From NCBI GenBank assembly GCA_963699755.1, contig CAVOVB010000007.1, positions 1 through 64,000 of the forward strand: a stretch of DNA of 64,000 nt, in the 5' to 3' direction. Below the pieces are notes generated by a model. It was not told the origin of the DNA. It made no database searches and worked only from the letters and a program-made list of their open reading frames with translations. Source of the DNA: an uncultured delta proteobacterium. GTDB taxonomy: Bacteria; Myxococcota_A; Polyangia; Polyangiales; Houyiibacteriaceae. Below are positions 9,416-19,180 of this stretch, piece after piece (the stretch's first letter is position 1; each line of letters starts with the position of its first letter). The position numbers were made by a program, and so were the translations under genes.

Positions 9416-10894
9416 GTGGAGCCTTGCGCCGCGGCCACGAACGAGACGATTTCTCGATCGTACGTGCGTTGCGCTCCGGAGCATGGGGTGCTCCACCGCG
9501 TCGTCCGCGAGCACCTTCAGACCTTCCTCTGGGAGCTCGATCGGCGCGAGCACGAGCGTGGCGCCCCCTTGTTCGTGAAGCGCGAGTTTCAGCGATTCGT
9601 TCGCTGCGGCGTGCTCGCGCATGGGTTTGCCCGCTCTCGGTGTACGGGCTGCGGCACCGATCGCTTGGTCGCGTTCTCGTGCAAAGGCCGCGGCTTCTGC
9701 CCAAGCTGCGGACGCCGCCGGATGACCGAACGTGCGGCACATCTCGTCGACCACGTGCTTCCACGTGCTCCGGTTCGACAATGGGTCCTGAGCCTTCCCT
9801 TCGAGCTTCGGTATCGGCTTGCCTGGGATCACTGTCTCTGCCGCGCGGTGCTCGCGGTCTACACGCGTGCACTGCAGGGCTTCTACCGAAAGCGAACCAA
9901 GGCATCGCGTCACCGAGGCGGCCGTACCGGTACAGTCACCGTCATCCAGCGCTTTGGTGGCGCGCTGAACCTGAACGTGCACTTTCACACGCTGGCGGTT
10001 GACCGGGTCTTCGTGCGAGAGCCGGACGGCTCGCTTTCCTTCGCAGCCGCCAAAGCGCCCACCGACGAGGAGGTCGAGGCTCTCCTTGGTGTCATTCAAA
10101 GCCGAATCCTACGCCTGCTCGTGCGTCGTGGCTTATTGACGAACGAGTCCGACGAGGGCCTTGACGAACAGGAGGCTCCGTCATTGCATGCGCTCTACGC
10201 CGCGTCCGTCCGTCAACGGGTCGCCACGGGACGACGCGCCGGAGCACCCGTCCTTCGCTTCGGAGACGCGTCGACGGTCGCGGCGGCTCCGCCGAAGCGC
10301 CGCCGACAAACCCGCCTCGGCGGCTTCGACCTTCATGCCAGCACGTCCGTTCGTGCGACGAACCGGCCCAAGCTCGAGCGGCTCTGCCGGTATCTGTTGA
10401 GGTCGCCGGTCGCCGAAGACCGGCTGTCCTTTGCGCCGGATGGAAGTGTGCTCCTCCGCCTCAAGACGCCATGGCGCGATGGGACGAGCCCCCTTGCCCT
10501 TCAGCCGCTGGAGCTCCTCGAAAAGCTCGCTGCGCTGACTCCACGCCCGTACGTGAACCTCATCGTCTATCACGGCGTGCTCGCGCCGAATGCCAAGTGG
10601 CGCCGCGAGGTCGTGGGCTTCGGGCGCGCGAAGGTCGAAAGCGAGCCATCCGAAGGCAGCCCGAGGAAGGTCGTCGCTTCGCACAATCGCACTTGGGCCG
10701 AGCTGATGCGCCGTGCGCTCGACATCGACGTGCTCGAGTGTCCTGCGTGCGGTGGGCGCCTCCGGTTCGTGGCCGCCATCCTGTTTTCGAGCGCCATCCA
10801 CCGAATCCTCCGTCATCTCGGTCTTCCCTCAGACCCCGTCGAGCTCGCACCTGCCCGGGCGCCCCCTGAGCTCGACGACGCCTGGGCTTGTTGA
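9416..10894 (+). CDS. IS91-family (Y2 HUH, rolling-circle) transposase with zinc-binding N-terminus
   Basis: CTGC...SCKGRGFCPSCG, RQWVLSLP, QRFGGALNLNVHFH, LERLCRYLLR, YHGVLAPNA. Confidence 0.92.
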   Translation: MEPCAAATNETISRSYVRCAPEHGVLHRVVREHLQTFLWELDRREHERGAPLFVKREFQRFVRCGVLAHGFARSRCTGCGTDRLVAFSCKGRGFCPSCGRRRMTERAAHLVDHVLPRAPVRQWVLSLPFELRYRLAWDHCLCRAVLAVYTRALQGFYRKRTKASRHRGGRTGTVTVIQRFGGALNLNVHFHTLAVDRVFVREPDGSLSFAAAKAPTDEEVEALLGVIQSRILRLLVRRGLLTNESDEGLDEQEAPSLHALYAASVRQRVATGRRAGAPVLRFGDASTVAAAPPKRRRQTRLGGFDLHASTSVRATNRPKLERLCRYLLRSPVAEDRLSFAPDGSVLLRLKTPWRDGTSPLALQPLELLEKLAALTPRPYVNLIVYHGVLAPNAKWRREVVGFGRAKVESEPSEGSPRKVVASHNRTWAELMRRALDIDVLECPACGGRLRFVAAILFSSAIHRILRHLGLPSDPVELAPARAPPELDDAWAC

Positions 10895-10995
10895 CCGCGC
10901 TCGCCTTCAAGGCTCGAGCCATCGGACGGCTGCATCCGCTCGGTCTTGATGACGTCGTTTCCGGCCCTTCGGGATGCAAACATGCTGCTCGCACA

Positions 10996-11012
10996 GCGTT
11001 TGTTTGCCGATC
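10996..11012 (+). other. Putative oriIS end of the IS91-family element
   Basis: GCGTTTGTTTGCCGATC about 100 bp downstream of the transposase; resembles the right end of the 100-bp repeats. Confidence 0.5.
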
Positions 11013-11107
11013 TCTTAGCCCGTCGGGCTCAAGGTGAGCGCCGAATTGCGCGGTACTGAATGTTATGTCGCGCCGGACGTGAACCTCAAAGGGCGTGTGT
11101 AGTTACT
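11011..11107 (+). repeat. dif-like repeat R1 (last bases displaced to 12482-12486 by an IS1111 insertion)
   Basis: TCTCTTAGCCCGTCGGGCT...TTGCGCGGTAC TGAATG TTATGTCGCGC (11046-11073)...GCGTGTGTAGTTACT. Confidence 0.9.
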
Positions 11108-11129
11108 TCTGTGAAGCGGCGTCCCCCGT

Positions 11130-11300
11130 CAAGTTCAAAGTTGCGAGTTGCGGACTCGTCTTGGCGAGATGGTCGTCATCCTTCTGTTCGCGCTCGACAA
11201 AGGCAGCTTGTGGCTGCGGCGCATGGTGGGATTCGAGGGGCGGCCGGCGCCATCTATCTGTCGGCTCTGCGAAGGTAGCCAGTAGCTACGACGCGCTCGA
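11130..11300 (-). ncRNA. Putative seek/bridge RNA of the IS1111 element (boundaries approximate)
   Basis: Downstream non-coding end contains GTAGCTACT (11289-11281) and CAGATAG (11260-11254) matching the target, and ACAGAAG / CATCT matching the circle junction. Confidence 0.7.
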
Positions 11301-11364
11301 CCCCCACAATTTTGGACTCATCGCGGCAACACGTGTGTGTCAGGTCTCCTTGGGTCGCTTTGGG

Positions 11365-12393
11365 TTACGCAGCATGCGCTGCAGAAGTTTTTGTGTTTCC
11401 GAAGTCGGTGCCATCACGCCACATCGCAAACAAGATACCGGCGAGCTTTCGCGCCAAGGCGACTGCGGCGATGCGCTTGCCTCGCCGAAGCGCGATCCGG
11501 TGGGCCCATGCGCGAAGCGCTTCGGTGTCTGCGCGTCGGCTTCGCAGCAATTGCCACGAGGCCTCGACCAAGAGCGCACGCATACGTCGATTGCCCGCTT
11601 TGGTGATGTGGCCGCGGTGTTGTTTCTCTCCGCTGCTGGGCTCCCGTGGCACCAGTCCTAGATAGGCACGCACTTGTTTGGCGTTGTCGAAGCGCTCGAC
11701 GCGGTCGACCGTGGCCAGAAATGAAATCGCGGTGACCGGACCCACGCCTGCTGCGGTGCACAGTCGCTTGGCCACTTCATGGGTCTTGGCTTGTTGCTCG
11801 AGCGCCTTGTCCATCGCCTTGAGCTCTGCGGTGACCGAGCCCATCACCCCGAGCAACGGCGCCATCTGGGCCCTGAGGCCGTCGGGCAACTCGAGCTCGT
11901 CCACGCGCTCTGAAAACGTGGCGGCTCCGCCGCTCCGCATTCGGTAGCCTTGCTGCCTCAGCAATGCGCGAATCAGACTGATGTGCCGAGTCCGCGTGTG
12001 TACCAGCGCTTCGCGTACGGCCACCTGGGCTCGAAGCGCACGGCTGCGATCCGAGCTCCGATGCGCCGGGCCATATGCGCTGAGCTCGCAGGCTTCTCAA
12101 AGGGCCCGTGCATCGCGTCGGTCGGTTTTCACTTTGCGGCTTCGCTGGGCGTACATCGGCGCAAAATTCGGGTCCGCCACGATGACCTCGTGCCCGAGCT
12201 CTTCCAAACATCGCGCCACCCACTCGCTTTCGGTCGACGACTCGACCACGATGCGGGCTCTCGGGCGTTTCTCAAGCAACTTCGCAAAGCTCTCGCGGTC
12301 GGTGCGGACCCGCCGTTCGATAAGCTGCCCTGTTTCGGTCCGGATACAGACTTGGCTTGCATTCTTGTGCACGTCGATTCCAATGTGGTCCAT
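11365..12393 (-). pseudogene. IS110/IS1111 transposase with an in-frame TGA at 12097-12099
   Basis: MDHIGIDVHK, KTDRRDA, YLGLVPREPSSG, ITKAGN; both ORF pieces are in the same frame. Confidence 0.88.
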
Positions 12394-12486
12394 GGCTGGC
12401 CTCCACTGCGGCTCTTGACCGCGTTTTGTTGTGGGGGCATCTTGCCACCACGTCGTGGTGGCCAGCCGCTTCATCTCATCTATCTG

Positions 12487-12582
12487 CATCACGATGGCCA
12501 AGCCACTGCAGGACCACAGCTGCCGCGCCGTACGAAATCGATGCGGAGACACAAGGATGGGAATCGTTTGGATCACCTTCAT
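12487..12582 (-). pseudogene. Fragment of a second IS110-type transposase
   Basis: SPHRFRTARQLWSCSGLAIV; ends at the right boundary of R1. Confidence 0.55.
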
Positions 12583-12689
12583 CGAAGCGTGGTCCGACCC
12601 CTGGGCAGAGGGGCCCGACTATTACGCACGCGGCTGCGGATGGGGCGAGTAGCCGACACCGAAGCGCTCAGCGCAGCGGCAGTGAGAGC

Positions 12690-13133
12690 TCATCGAGTTC
12701 CGCCTTGCACCGGAGGGAGAGATCCTCGGGCTTCATCCATCTCGAAGCGATAGCAACACGGACCCGCGTCATGCGCCCAATGGCTTGCCGGCGCGTAGCG
12801 AGACGCTCGGTCGAAGCTGGCGCAAAGCTCGTAGGATCGCCCTTCGAGAATGCGATACGAGTACCGCTCGTTGCGCGCGGGGTCCCGTGGGATCGACTCC
12901 CAACCCGGCTGGTCCTCGAGCACGTCCAGGCTTTCGGGCAATGCCTGGTGTCCGTTCCAGTAGACGTCGATACGATTTGCGATGCTTTGCAGATCGTCGA
13001 CGCGTCGCTCGTCGAGCTTCAGCAACCTCTGCTCGGTCGGTGAACCCATCAACCAGAGCCCTCCTGCGACGACCGCGATCACCACGGCGGCGACCGCAGC
13101 GAGCAACGCGGAGCTCGCCCCGATGCGCGTCAT
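12690..13133 (-). CDS. Membrane-anchored hypothetical protein (pilin-like), partner of DUF5671
   Basis: N-terminal TM, GSPTEQRLLKLDERRVDDL, PRDP..YxY...YELCASF; coupled to the upstream gene. Confidence 0.7.
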   Translation of the reverse strand: MTRIGASSALLAAVAAVVIAVVAGGLWLMGSPTEQRLLKLDERRVDDLQSIANRIDVYWNGHQALPESLDVLEDQPGWESIPRDPARNERYSYRILEGRSYELCASFDRASRYAPASHWAHDAGPCCYRFEMDEARGSLPPVQGGTR

Positions 13134-13774
13134 GGCTCTCTTTCCTCTTTGCGCAGGTCATAGAGGTAATAGGCGAATACGACACCCGCGATGAGGGCGA
13201 CGGTGAGGATCTTGAGAATGAAGCGCACCGTCAGCTCACCCCCCAATAGATTGTAAACGAGAGTTGTCACGTCGCCGATCAAGACTGCGGCCGCGAAGAA
13301 CAGAGTCGCGTACGTGAGCCACCTGCGGATGCCCGAAGCGCGCTTCATCGGGTCTTTTCGGATCGCGCGGCTGACGAGATACGACACGAGGGAGAATACT
13401 GGAAAGGCCACAATCAACGCCGAGACGGACCAACGCAGACTTTGTGATCTCCACTCGTCGCCAGCCGTGCCCAACGCTGGATCGGGAAACACGCGATCGA
13501 TGATTTGGAACACCACGGCTCCCAGGTTGTAGGCGGTCAGGAGTAAGGTGGTGAAAAGAACGAGATAGAGAAAAGCCTCTTGCGCGGAAGTCGAGGGCTT
13601 GGGCTTCGGCACCGGCAGCTCGAACGCGACTTCACCATAAGCGGCCAAGGCGTGGTTGATCTGCTCTTCGGACCATCCCGCAGCTTGGAGCACCTTTTCA
13701 ATCTCGGGACGCGGGGCACCGCGGGCCAACGCGTGCCGCACGAACTTCTGCAGGTCTTCATCGACTCGAGCCAT
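13130..13774 (-). CDS. DUF5671-type membrane protein
   Basis: SAQEAFLYLVLF, LRWSVSALIVAFPVF, RRWLTYATLF, LLGGELTVRF. Confidence 0.75.
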   Translation of the reverse strand: MARVDEDLQKFVRHALARGAPRPEIEKVLQAAGWSEEQINHALAAYGEVAFELPVPKPKPSTSAQEAFLYLVLFTTLLLTAYNLGAVVFQIIDRVFPDPALGTAGDEWRSQSLRWSVSALIVAFPVFSLVSYLVSRAIRKDPMKRASGIRRWLTYATLFFAAAVLIGDVTTLVYNLLGGELTVRFILKILTVALIAGVVFAYYLYDLRKEEREP

Positions 13775-14114
13775 GGTGACCTCCGGTCTTGTCGTTCATG
13801 CTGGGCTTTCACAGCAAAGCTACTGGAAGGCTCGATTCACGCTAGCACTGCCGCCAATAGCTTCAATGCGGCCTCGTCGAGCTGGAACGATACGGGGCGC
13901 GGGTTCAAGGGCGCTCGCGCCGTGGTGGTACCGCCGTCCGCAACCGGCGACGCACAAGCGCTTCGCGCGTCGCCGCAAAGGCTGCGTTGTCGGCGGGGCT
14001 TGTCGTTGTGCGGCCTTCGAGCACCGAGTCGTTCGGAGGGGATGCGCGATCGGCACGAGGTTTGCTTAATGGCCAGAGAACTATGGACTCAACGACCTCG
14101 AGGCGCCTGCGCGT

Positions 14115-14243
14115 TTCGCGCTTGCGTTGATGATGACGATTCTCGGTTGCGGGGACGCGGGGGAGGAACTGCCCACGATTGCGGTGTCCGTTTCACCCGA
14201 GACTGCAAGCTGCAAGGTCGGCGAATCCTGCGAGCTCTCTTAG
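14115..14243 (+). pseudogene. Lipoprotein N-terminal fragment cut at R2
   Basis: FALALMMTILGCGDAGEELPTIAVSVSPETASCKVGESCE followed by a repeat-derived stop. Confidence 0.55.
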
Positions 14244-14335
14244 CCCATCGGGCTCAATCAAAGCACCGAATTGCGCGGTACTAGATCTTATGTCGCCAGT
14301 GACGCGAACCGGAGAGGGCTTTTGTAGTTACTATC
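14234..14335 (+). repeat. dif-like repeat R2 (complete)
   Basis: GCTCTCTTAGCCCATCGGGCT...TTGCGCGGTAC TAGATC TTATGTCGCCA (14271-14298)...GCTTTTGTAGTTACTATC. Confidence 0.92.
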
Positions 14336-14523
14336 TGCCCTCAGAGGAGAACACACCACGTGAGGCTGCGCTTAACTCCGGGCCAGGCGAACCAGCTCTA
14401 CTGGATGTCCCGCATCGCTCCAGGTTTCATCCATGCACAGCTCGAGAAGGGCTCGAAGGCAATGGTTCCGCAGCCTGAGTCAGCGTGAACGGAGCGTGTC
14501 GAGCCTAGGCGTGGGATCGCATC

Positions 14524-15213
14524 ATGGGGAAGTCTTGGACGATCACTCTGATGGAGAGGCTTTCTGCGGGTTTCGAAGCGCATGCCGATCCCGAGCGCGC
14601 AGGGCCGATGGCGGCCTACATGAAGGGTCGGTTCCCGTTCCTGGGGATCCCGGCCACCGAAAGGCGGGAGCTTCAACGCCGTGCCTGGAAGGGTTTACCG
14701 AAGCCGTCGGAGCGTGAGCTCGGAGCAGTGGCGCGCGCCAGCTGGCGCGAGCGAGAGCGCGAGTATCAGTACTTTGGTGCGGACTACGTTCGGGCTCACG
14801 TCGCGCGCTGCTCGGCGGCCTTCCTCGATAACCTCGAGACCCTGATCACGACGAAATCATGGTGGGACACCGTCGACCTCTTGGCAACGCGTGGCGTCGG
14901 CACGCTCGGGCAGAAGCATCCGAGCGTGAGGCGCGCGATGGACACCTGGATCGAGAGCGACAACGTTTGGCTCGCCCGAACCGCGCTCTTGTTCCAGCTC
15001 ACCTACAAGAGCGACACCGACGCGACCAAGCTTTTCCGTTATTGCGAGCAACGCATGAACGACGAGAGCTTCTTCATTCGCAAAGCCATGGGCTGGGCGC
15101 TTCGCGAGTATTCGAAAACCGACGCGCCCGCCGTGCGCGGATTCGTTCACGCGCACCGCGATTCCCTGTCGACTCTGACGCGTCGCGAAGCGCTCAAGTG
15201 GCTCGAACGATAG
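14524..15213 (+). CDS. DNA alkylation repair protein (AlkD-like)
   Basis: MAAYMKGRFPFLGI, EREYQY, KSWWDTVD, FFIRKAMGWALREYSK. Confidence 0.88.
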   Translation: MGKSWTITLMERLSAGFEAHADPERAGPMAAYMKGRFPFLGIPATERRELQRRAWKGLPKPSERELGAVARASWREREREYQYFGADYVRAHVARCSAAFLDNLETLITTKSWWDTVDLLATRGVGTLGQKHPSVRRAMDTWIESDNVWLARTALLFQLTYKSDTDATKLFRYCEQRMNDESFFIRKAMGWALREYSKTDAPAVRGFVHAHRDSLSTLTRREALKWLER

Positions 15214-15490
15214 CACGTTGGGCCAACAGGAACCTACCAGCGCAGCATCGGCAGTGGCCGCCACGGCTGCTTCAGGGCACCCGAGAGGAGCGTTCGGCAC
15301 ACCAAGCCGCGAAAACCGCACATCCGGTATGACGATCGGGCCTCGCGGCAAAGCGCGAAGGGAACCCCCGTCCCAGGCACCGCAAAGAGGTCGACCAGAT
15401 GGGCGCGCCGGAAGGGCTCGACGACACCCGCATCCTCGCGACGGTACGGTGTGAGCTTGTGATGGAAGCCGATCATGCGGCTGACGGACG

Positions 15491-15589
15491 GCTCTCTTAG
15501 CCCGTCGGGATTCCGATGAGCGCCCAATTTCGCGGCATCAGATCCTATGTCGCCAGTGACGCGAACTGGAGAGGGCTTTTGTAGTTACT
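15491..15589 (+). repeat. dif-like repeat R3 (degenerate core)
   Basis: GCTCTCTTAGCCCGTCGGG...TTTCGCGGCAT CAGATC CTATGTCGCCA (15528-15555)...GCTTTTGTAGTTACT. Confidence 0.88.
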
Positions 15590-15609
15590 TCTGTGAAGCG
15601 GCGTCCCCC
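15590..15609 (-). mobile_element. 20-bp remnant of the same IS1111 right end, at the same position in R3
   Basis: TCTGTGAAGCGGCGTCCCCC identical to 11108-11127. Confidence 0.8.
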
Positions 15610-15674
15610 TCACCACCGCAGCCGTTGTCAACCAAGGTGTTCGTCACCGTCAGGTACCCCTAATTTTGGATGCC

Positions 15675-15775
15675 GCTCTCTTAGCCCGTCGGGCTCAAGG
15701 TGAGCGCCGAATTGCGCGGTACTGAATCTTATGTCGCCTGGGTCGCGAACCGCAAAGGGCGTTTATGTCGACTAT
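15675..15775 (+). repeat. dif-like repeat R4 (complete)
   Basis: TTGCGCGGTAC TGAATC TTATGTCGCCT (15712-15739); ends GCGTTTATGTCGACTAT. Confidence 0.92.
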
Positions 15776-15996
15776 GCTCCTGATCTTTGTTGTATGCTCG
15801 TCCGAACTCGCGCGTTGTTTCCCACAGCGACCGTTCGTCGACCGCCGCGGCGCGGCCGGCGCGTGCGCGAGGCGGGTAAACAATTACGTATATACAACTG
15901 TGTGGGGGCGCGAGACGTTCTGTGATCTGGAGCAGGGCGACAAAGACGCCCTGCATCAGAACGAGAGTTTGCGTTCAGATTCCAAGGAGGCACGTC

Positions 15997-16431
15997 ATGC
16001 AGAAATGTATATCAATAAGCTCCGCGCTCCTCGCGACGGCGATGATGGTTACGCTGTCGTTCGGATGCGGAGAAGGCATCGAGGGCGAGACGGGTAGTCA
16101 GTCAGCAGGACTCAACGCCGGAGAGTGCAACGCCATCGTGGCCACGAACCTTCAGGCCGCACAACGCTGTGCTCGCGGTGAATGCGGGGACGCGGAGTGC
16201 ACCGATGTAGGGGGAGCCTTTTTCGACTTCTTCGTGAACAATCCGGAGTGCGCGGGCTTCTTCGAGACCGGCGATGTCAACGGGCTTCCAGGCAACGCCT
16301 CGATCCATCCGCAAACCGGCGAGGCCAAGCACATTGCAGACGTGATCTGCAGCGCAGTCCTCCAGTGCGGCCTCTGTCCCGGGGCACCGCCTGGCGTGTG
16401 CACAGCCGACTGCGCAGAAACAGACGGATAG
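15997..16431 (+). CDS. Small Cys-rich lipoprotein
   Basis: AAGGAGG RBS, ATG 15997, lipobox SFGC. Confidence 0.75.
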   Translation: MQKCISISSALLATAMMVTLSFGCGEGIEGETGSQSAGLNAGECNAIVATNLQAAQRCARGECGDAECTDVGGAFFDFFVNNPECAGFFETGDVNGLPGNASIHPQTGEAKHIADVICSAVLQCGLCPGAPPGVCTADCAETDG

Positions 16432-16504
16432 GCACGGCCGGGCTCCCTCATCCCGAGCGAGATTGGATGGCTGGAGCGACCTGAAAACGACCGGTCATTG
16501 CTGT

Positions 16505-16539
16505 GCAAAGCCTCACCTCACGGTGGGGCTTTTGCTTTT
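16505..16539 (+). terminator. Rho-independent terminator
   Basis: AAAGCCTCACC-TCAC-GGTGGGGCTTT followed by a T-rich tail. Confidence 0.7.
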
Positions 16540-16571
16540 CTCCGCGCGAATGGATCCAGGTCGACCTCCCC

Positions 16572-16636
16572 AAAACGAAGAAACCCGGGGGTCATGTCAC
16601 CCCCGGGAATCCTTGGCGCGGCAGACGAGACTCGAA
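16572..16636 (-). other. tRNA 3' fragment (Asp-like; attR) followed by a terminator
   Basis: Minus strand TTCGAGTCTCGTCTGCCGCGCCA (16636-16614), then CCCGGGGGT...ACCCCCGGG hairpin and T tract. Confidence 0.65.
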
Positions 16637-17082
16637 TCCGGCCGAGCCGCAGAATCCCTCAGAAAAACGAGGGGAAAATGAAACAGCCAAACGCAAGACC
16701 TTGCGGAAAGGTGAGGCTGAGTGCGCGAAAGTTGGTAGGTGTGCGAATGGGTTTGTGCGCTTGGGCGACGAGGTCGACGTCGCCGTCGAGCATCCGGAAT
16801 TGAGCGCAGCTCAGGCCGCCCGAGCAGCCGCCTTCGACGCTTTTGCCCGGCTCGCACTGAGCTACTTCGACAACCCTTCCGACGAGCTACGCACCGCGTG
16901 TGAAGCCGCCGCGCTGGTCGTCCGCGCCGCGCAGAAGGTCGGCTAGCTGGGCCTACGGCTGCGCCTCAAACGCCCCGATGTCCCACCCATCGTGCAGGCA
17001 GCGAGGCTAAGGGTTAATCAACGGCGAGTGATGAACAGCTGCGGCGTTGGCTTCACTGCGCACAATCGGCACATGTCGGACA

Positions 17083-17128
17083 TGGAGTTGATCCGGTTTC
17101 GCGGACACTCGCCCGCTTTCGGGCAAAG
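17083..17128 (+). mobile_element. Isolated IS3-family left end
   Basis: TGGAGTTGATCCGGTTTCGCGGACACTCGCCCG.. is an inverted near-copy of the end at 19496. Confidence 0.75.
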
Positions 17129-18376
17129 GGCGGTCTCAAGCGGTGGACGCAACAGCGTTGAATATCTCGCACGGTTTCATCCATTGAAGGGTTTGTCGAG
17201 GCCGCGCATTGAGCTCCCTTGCGACAGCGTTCAACTCGGTCTGAGTGTGTCGACTCAGATCAGTGGATTTTGGAAAATACTGTCGTAGCAAACCGTTTGT
17301 GTTTTCGTTGCTCCCTCGCTGCCATGGCGCATGCGGGTCGCAGAAGAAGACGCTGACGTTTGTGGCCACCGTGAATTGCGCATGCCCGGCCATCTCTTTG
17401 CCTTGATCCCACGTGAGGGTTTTTCGTAGTTGCGGGGGCAGCTGAATCACCTCACGTGTGAGGGCGCAACGCACCTGCTCGGCACGACGCCCATCGGGTA
17501 GGCGCACGAGCAGGAGATAACGACTTGTCCGTTCGACCAGCGTCGCGATGGCAGACTTTCCGCCTTTGCCAATGATCAAATCGCCTTCCCAATGGCCTGG
17601 GACGGCACGGTCCTCGGCTTCGGGCGGACGGTCGCTGATCATCACCATGTCGGGCAATTGACCTTGCCGCTCGGTTCGTCGATGAGGACGCCGTCGAGCA
17701 CGGCCCGTTCGTAAGCACGTGGTGAGTTCCTTGCGTAACGCGCCTCTGGCTTGGATAAACAGGGATTGATAGATCGTTTCGTGAGAGATGCGCATGCTGA
17801 GGTCCTCGGGATAGTCCAGGACGAGCCGTGCGACTATCTGCTGCGGCGACCAGCGTTGTTCGAGTCGCCTTTCCACCTCTTTTCGGAGCCTTGGATGGGC
17901 TGTGAGCTTGCCCGCCCTGGGACGAAGATTTCGACGTGCGGCGCTTTGCTCCGCAGACCAGGCACGATACGTCGTGCGGCTTCCATTCCCAGCGACCTCT
18001 CTCGATATGGTCGACGGCGCACGACCAAGGTGGCTCGCTATCTGCCGAAACGAGTCTCCGGCAACCAATCGTCGAGAGATCTCCTCCCGCTCGGCACACG
18101 ACAGCCGATGCGGGGAGCGAGGTCGAGGCCTGCGACGGCGTTTAGCCTTGCGACCTCGAGCGAGCAGTCTCTGTATCGACTTTGTTGAACATCCAATGGC
18201 CGCGGCCGCTCTTTCGTACGATTCGCCGGCCCCAAGACGACAGAGTACTTCTTCGTGCTCCGCTCCCGTTAGACGAATGCCTCGTTTCACTTCTCGACGC
18301 TTCATCGCTCAGCCTCCTTGGTGCGATTTTGGCTATCACACCGTCATGGCTGTTGCGTCGATGGCTTGAGACCGCC
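17129..18376 (-). mobile_element. IS30-family element, copy 1 (1248 bp; transposase 17136-18305)
   Basis: IRs GGCGGTCTCAAG; WSPQQI, SHETIY, GHWEGDLI, WQRGSNENTNGLLRQYFPK; no flanking DR. Confidence 0.93.
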
Positions 18377-19180
18377 GTTTCTCGCCCCGCTCAGAAGGTC
18401 GCCCTCCCAGTGGCCGGGAATGGCGCGGTCGGCCGCCTCGGCGGGCCGCTCACGAATCGCGACTGCATCGACAATCTGACCTCGTGGCTGCCCTCGCGTA
18501 CTGGCATGTTGGGAGCGTCGGAGTTTCCGTCGCGTCCTGAGGTGTTTCCGCAATTCCTTGTTGAGCACGCCCCGGGATTGGACGAACAAGCTCTTGTAGA
18601 TGGTTTCCTGAGACACGTTCATCTCGTCGTGCGCAGAGCGCGCCTGGAGCCAGCCCGCAATCTGCTCCGGCGACCATTCTAGTCGGAGTTTCTCGGCGAC
18701 CACACGGCGAAGACGAGCGTAGGTCTCGAGCTTGCAGGGCTTGGGCCTTCTTGCCTGCTCCCGCGCTCGGGAATCGGCCGCGTTGGCTCGATACGCGTTG
18801 CGGCCACCGTTAAGCCGCACTTCTCGCGACACAGTCGACGGAGCTCGACCAAGAGCTTCGGCCACGCTTCGAAGCGAGCGCCCCGCACAAAGCCCCCTCG
18901 AAATCTCTTCGCGTTCCACCGAAGACAGATGTGCGGGATTGCGTCGACGGGGCGCTGGCGGAAAGCCGCCGGCCTCGGTGAGGTGACGGTAGATAGAGCC
19001 AGGCTTTCGGTCCAACGATCGTGAAATGTCGCTTAGACAGTCTCCGTCCCGCCACCGACGCCAGAGCTCCGCGGTTTCTGCTCCCGACAGAGGTCGTCTC
19101 GTTCGTCTTTGCATTCGTCACCATATCCTTTTGCAGCGTGTGCGTGGTCATGGTGTTGCGGTGACCCATTGATCGTACCG
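18377..19180 (-). pseudogene. Second IS30-family element, truncated by copy 1
   Basis: WSPEQIAGWL, GHWEGDLL then junction; left end ..TCAATGGGTCACCGCAACAC near 19180. Confidence 0.85.

Larger units (their letters stand above)
11108..12481 (-). mobile_element. IS110 family, IS1111-type element inserted at a CT core in R1
   Basis: Subterminal IRs TGAAGCGGC at both ends; CT at 11106-7 and 12480-1; removing it restores GTAGTTACTATCTG as in R2. Confidence 0.88.

Noticed and set aside
17056..17081. CTGCGCACAAT-CGGC-ACATGTCGGAC as another dif-like core
   Set aside because: Spacer is only 4 nt and neither flanking motif is present; may be chance or heavily decayed
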